From Rebecca billardiae RCC1528 (taxonomy: Eukaryota > Protista > Haptophyta): 41,162 bases of DNA. The stretch covers positions 1 through 41,162 of the forward strand of contig OZ260670.1 of assembly GCA_965240325.2 (NCBI GenBank), given 5' to 3'. Below the pieces are notes generated by a model. It was not told where the DNA came from. It ran no database searches and was given only the letters and a program-made list of their open reading frames with translations. Both the position numbers and the translations under genes were made by a program. Each line of letters opens with the position of its first letter. Position 1 is the stretch's first letter. Shown piece by piece: positions 37,880 through 41,162 of this stretch.

Positions 37880-38881
37880 TCAAGCTATTGGGAAAGCTTG
37901 AAAACTTTTAAGCAAACCTGCTATTAATATTACAAGGCCTAAAGACAAAGGAAGAAATATTTTCCAACCCAATCGCATTAACTGGTCATATCGGTAGCGG
38001 GGAAATGTTGCTCTTACCCAAATAAAAAAAAAAAGAACTAGACTTACCTTAAAAGAAAAAACAAAAGAAGTAAAGAAAAGAGGAAGAAATATTATCTCAA
38101 AAGTTATCGGTAACATATATTCGATGCTATACCAACCCCCGAAAAAAAAAATAACCGCTAAACTGCTCATAAGTATCATATTCGCGTATTCTCCAAGAAA
38201 AAAAAGAGCAAAACCAAAAGCAGAGTATTCTACATTATAACCAGAGACTAGTTCAGCTTCGGCTTCAGGTAAATCAAAGGGTGCTCTATTCGTTTCGGCC
38301 AAAATAGATACTAAAAATAAAAAAGCCATTGGTAATAAAGGTATCGCAAACCAAAGCCCTTTCTGGGCGGAACAAACATAAACTAGATTTAAAGAACCTG
38401 TAAAAAGTAATACGGAAATAAGTATTAAGCCGATAGAAACTTCGTAAGATACCATTTGGGCTGCTGATCGTAGAGCACCTAAAAAAGCATATTTCGAGTT
38501 GCTCGACCAACCTGCTAAAATGATGCCATATACACCTAAAGAAGATACTGCAAAAAGGTAAATCAATCCTAAATTTAAATCGACTAGAGGTGCTTCTGCA
38601 TTCAGTGGTATAACTGCCCAGGCTAATAGACTTAAAAAAAAAGTAAGGATTGGCGCAAATACAAAGTTTATTGGGTTTGAAACAGAAGGAATTACTGTTT
38701 CTTTTGCAAAAAGTTTCAGCCCGTCGGCTATAGGTTGTAGTAGGCCTAAAAAGCCTACTACATTGGGACCTTTCCTTTGTTGCATAGATGACATGGCTTT
38801 ACGTTCTGCGGCTGTTAAAAAAGCTACCGAGAGCATAACCATTACTATTAAAGCGAGGCTTTTTATTAAAGATATAATCAC
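37880..38881 (-). CDS. nad1: NADH dehydrogenase subunit 1 (GTG start, TGA stop)
   Basis: [39 protein letters not shown]. Confidence 0.97.
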   Translation of the reverse strand: MIISLIKSLALIVMVMLSVAFLTAAERKAMSSMQQRKGPNVVGFLGLLQPIADGLKLFAKETVIPSVSNPINFVFAPILTFFLSLLAWAVIPLNAEAPLVDLNLGLIYLFAVSSLGVYGIILAGWSSNSKYAFLGALRSAAQMVSYEVSIGLILISVLLFTGSLNLVYVCSAQKGLWFAIPLLPMAFLFLVSILAETNRAPFDLPEAEAELVSGYNVEYSAFGFALFFLGEYANMILMSSLAVIFFFGGWYSIEYMLPITFEIIFLPLFFTSFVFSFKVSLVLFFFIWVRATFPRYRYDQLMRLGWKIFLPLSLGLVILIAGLLKSFQAFPIA

Positions 38882-38944
38882 GGGTCGTCCCAAGAGGAAA
38901 GCCTCTTGGTTGTTAAATATACTTATTAAACTTTTACTATTTTA

Positions 38945-39302
38945 CTAGTATATAGCTTTTGGGGCCGTCTTCCATACAGCAGAAGTTACTCTTTCGCCTG
39001 AGCTTAAAGTAACGTATACTGAATAGAAAAAAAATAGACTGGAGAATAGCGTAATGCATGATCCCATTGAAGCTATGTCATTCCAGCCAGCGTAAGCATC
39101 TGGGAAATCAGGTATTCTACGTGGCATTCCTGCAAGCCCTAAGAAATGCATCGGGAAAAATGTTAGGTTTACACCAATAAAAGTTGACCAAAAGTGTATT
39201 TGCCCTAAAGCTTCAGGATAAGCATTTCCTGTGATTTTACCTATCCAATAGTACCATCCTGCGAACAGCGCAAACACAGCACCCATAGATAAAACATAGT
39301 GG
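38945..39302 (-). CDS. cox1: cytochrome c oxidase subunit 1, exon 5
   Basis: [10 protein letters not shown]...[18 protein letters not shown]. Confidence 0.95.
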
Positions 39303-41162
39303 TGTGGGTTGAGTTACGAGAACTCCCCTCAGATCCCGGCGTGCCACTCGCATGGCACCGGGCTCCTTTGTCTTCGGTTTTTTTTTTGCAGCAGACAGGA
39401 CCTGCCTGTCTAGGGTGATATTGTGCTCAGGTTTGTCGATGATAGGCCTGAGTTTAGATACTTCAATCTCATTTGTTTTGCTGAGAGATTGTGCCATTCA
39501 ACATGATGCTTAACACATAGGGGTATTTGTTTACGACTTAAAGCGCTTTCAATTAGTGCGAGACCTTTGATTGATTTCCCCCCGGTCTTTATAGATTCTA
39601 CGAGGAAACCTTTACGCGATCTTCGTAAAGCCCGAACGTGGTGAATCTCCACGTCCGTATTTTTACAACCGATCACAGCGCATTGTCCGTCGAACAGCCT
39701 TGCCGGTATGGACAGTTTAACCATAGGACGTTCTAGTGTTTTGTAACTCTCAATAGGGTCGTACGACGTGATATATCCTCGTGAGCGGTGATTAATGTCA
39801 TTGCTGGTAAGATATTTAGCAACAGGTTCAACATAATTGTTTGCTCTTTCAGCGAGGAAAGTTGGAGTTTTCCCATATTTAGCTATGACTTGATGTACCT
39901 TCTTCAAGTGTTTACCAGCTAGAGTGTGTATTAGCGACCATCTCAGGTGATAATCTGCTAATTTCTTTACCGCATGGAAATTTACAGCGGGTTTATAGTA
40001 ATTTAGGAACCCTAGGGCCTTAGATTTATAGAACTCAATTATGGAGATATCATGGTATTTGAATATTGCTCCACTAGCTTTCGGTTTCCCTCCCTTGGAC
40101 AGCATTCCCCATGCTTTTAGTTTCTCTTTGATTTCCCTGATGGGAGCATATATACGAAGGTTCAAACCTTGAGGTTGTCCATGGAGCACTCTATCAACAT
40201 GCATTTGTTTATAGCCGGGTTTGTCAGTGATTTTTTTTACTTCCTCGGCTTTAATTTTGTTGAGCGCTTCGCCTTTGGTGGCTTCGCTTAGCGCGCTGAT
40301 AAATTGGTTGTAGCTATAGATCACTCGGTCCATCCCCAATTCTTTGAGGTCCGACTCCTGAATCCAGGATTGTTGGAGGTGAGAAAGTTCTTTGCGAACC
40401 CACTCTTTAAAAGGGCCCCCTGCGGGAGACCAACTTTTCTCCATGGACTGAGCTTTTCTATCTAGGTTGAGAGCTTCATCACGGGCCAACAGTTTGATCT
40501 GTTCCTCTCGTTCGGCCTTATTCATATTTGCCTTACTCAGGTTTTTTAGTGCATCCTTCAACTTGGTTTCATACGCTTTGCGCATGGATTTATTAAACCT
40601 TTCCTCCAGGGCGAGTTTTCTGTTAGCAATACGATTTCTTAACTTTTTGAACGATAAGATACGTCGGTTTTCCACCACTGATCGTTCTCCGCGGCCCGGC
40701 AGCTTGACATCGAATCCAAGGAATCTGAATTTCTCGTCTTTTGCATGCGTGAGCTCTCCACCTTTGAGGCCGAAGTGGAGTGATGATTTTAAGAAATTAC
40801 CAGCGGCAGTCTTGACTTTCAGAGCTAAAGATTTAGGCCCCTTGATTGCTATTAGATAGTCGTCTGCATATCGCACGTAGTGTATTTTATGGTATACCTT
40901 GTCGCCTTGTTGTTCATCAGTAGTCGCTTTTCGAGGGATACCTGCCTTTAGTGCCAGTTTGACCTTTCGCCGATACAAGTCTCTTTTAAGGCGAGACTTA
41001 GCATCTTTGGTTTTTGCTCCTGCAAGCTCTCCAGCTGTAACCCAAGTAGCTTCTCGCCATTCAGGGGTAGTGGTTGCAGAGGGTTTCCCCTTGTTATTTT
41101 CAGCTTGTAGCTTACTCATAAAGTGATCAAATTCCGTAAGATATATGTTGGCAAGCACTGGT
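39303..41162 (-). mobile_element. cox1 intron 4, 3' part (group II, RT-encoding)
   Basis: Domain V GAGCCCGGTGCCATGCGAGTGGCACGCCGGGATC at ~39332..39365. Confidence 0.88.
39410..41162 (-). CDS. Intron 4 RT/maturase/HNH ORF, C-terminal part
   Basis: LANIYL..FD, RYADDY, FLGF, domain X, EIHHVR..IPLC..HH. Confidence 0.92.
   Translation of the reverse strand, partial: PVLANIYLTEFDHFMSKLQAENNKGKPSATTTPEWREATWVTAGELAGAKTKDAKSRLKRDLYRRKVKLALKAGIPRKATTDEQQGDKVYHKIHYVRYADDYLIAIKGPKSLALKVKTAAGNFLKSSLHFGLKGGELTHAKDEKFRFLGFDVKLPGRGERSVVENRRILSFKKLRNRIANRKLALEERFNKSMRKAYETKLKDALKNLSKANMNKAEREEQIKLLARDEALNLDRKAQSMEKSWSPAGGPFKEWVRKELSHLQQSWIQESDLKELGMDRVIYSYNQFISALSEATKGEALNKIKAEEVKKITDKPGYKQMHVDRVLHGQPQGLNLRIYAPIREIKEKLKAWGMLSKGGKPKASGAIFKYHDISIIEFYKSKALGFLNYYKPAVNFHAVKKLADYHLRWSLIHTLAGKHLKKVHQVIAKYGKTPTFLAERANNYVEPVAKYLTSNDINHRSRGYITSYDPIESYKTLERPMVKLSIPARLFDGQCAVIGCKNTDVEIHHVRALRRSRKGFLVESIKTGGKSIKGLALIESALSRKQIPLCVKHHVEWHNLSAKQMRLKYLNSGLSSTNLSTISP

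Overview
This is a complete, circular-mapping 41,162-bp algal/protist mitochondrial genome. The window ends join in frame inside a group II intron RT ORF (...GVPQGNPLS|PVLANIYL...). Every recognisable gene is on the minus strand, and the code is standard (trnW-CCA, TGA used as stop). Respiratory genes: cox1-3, cob, nad1-6/4L, atp4/6/8/9. Ribosomal proteins: rpl14, rpl16, rps12, rps14, rps19, an rps3 N-terminal stub and a possible rps13. RNAs: rns, rnl, a divergent 5S rRNA and 24 tRNAs (no trnC seen). The gene set resembles a pavlovophycean haptophyte (inference). Accessory content is rich. (1) Three RT/maturase/HNH-encoding group II introns in cox1. (2) Three near-identical, ORF-less ~914-nt group IIB-like introns in cox1, cox3 and nad4, whose exon-binding sites differ to match each host site and which end in a non-canonical ...CT. 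(3) A free-standing, catalytically dead RT/maturase relic. (4) An intact ~1,340-1,410-aa T7-type single-subunit RNA polymerase gene within nested direct and inverted repeats, probably an integrated linear-plasmid segment. Seven genes appear to start with GTG.
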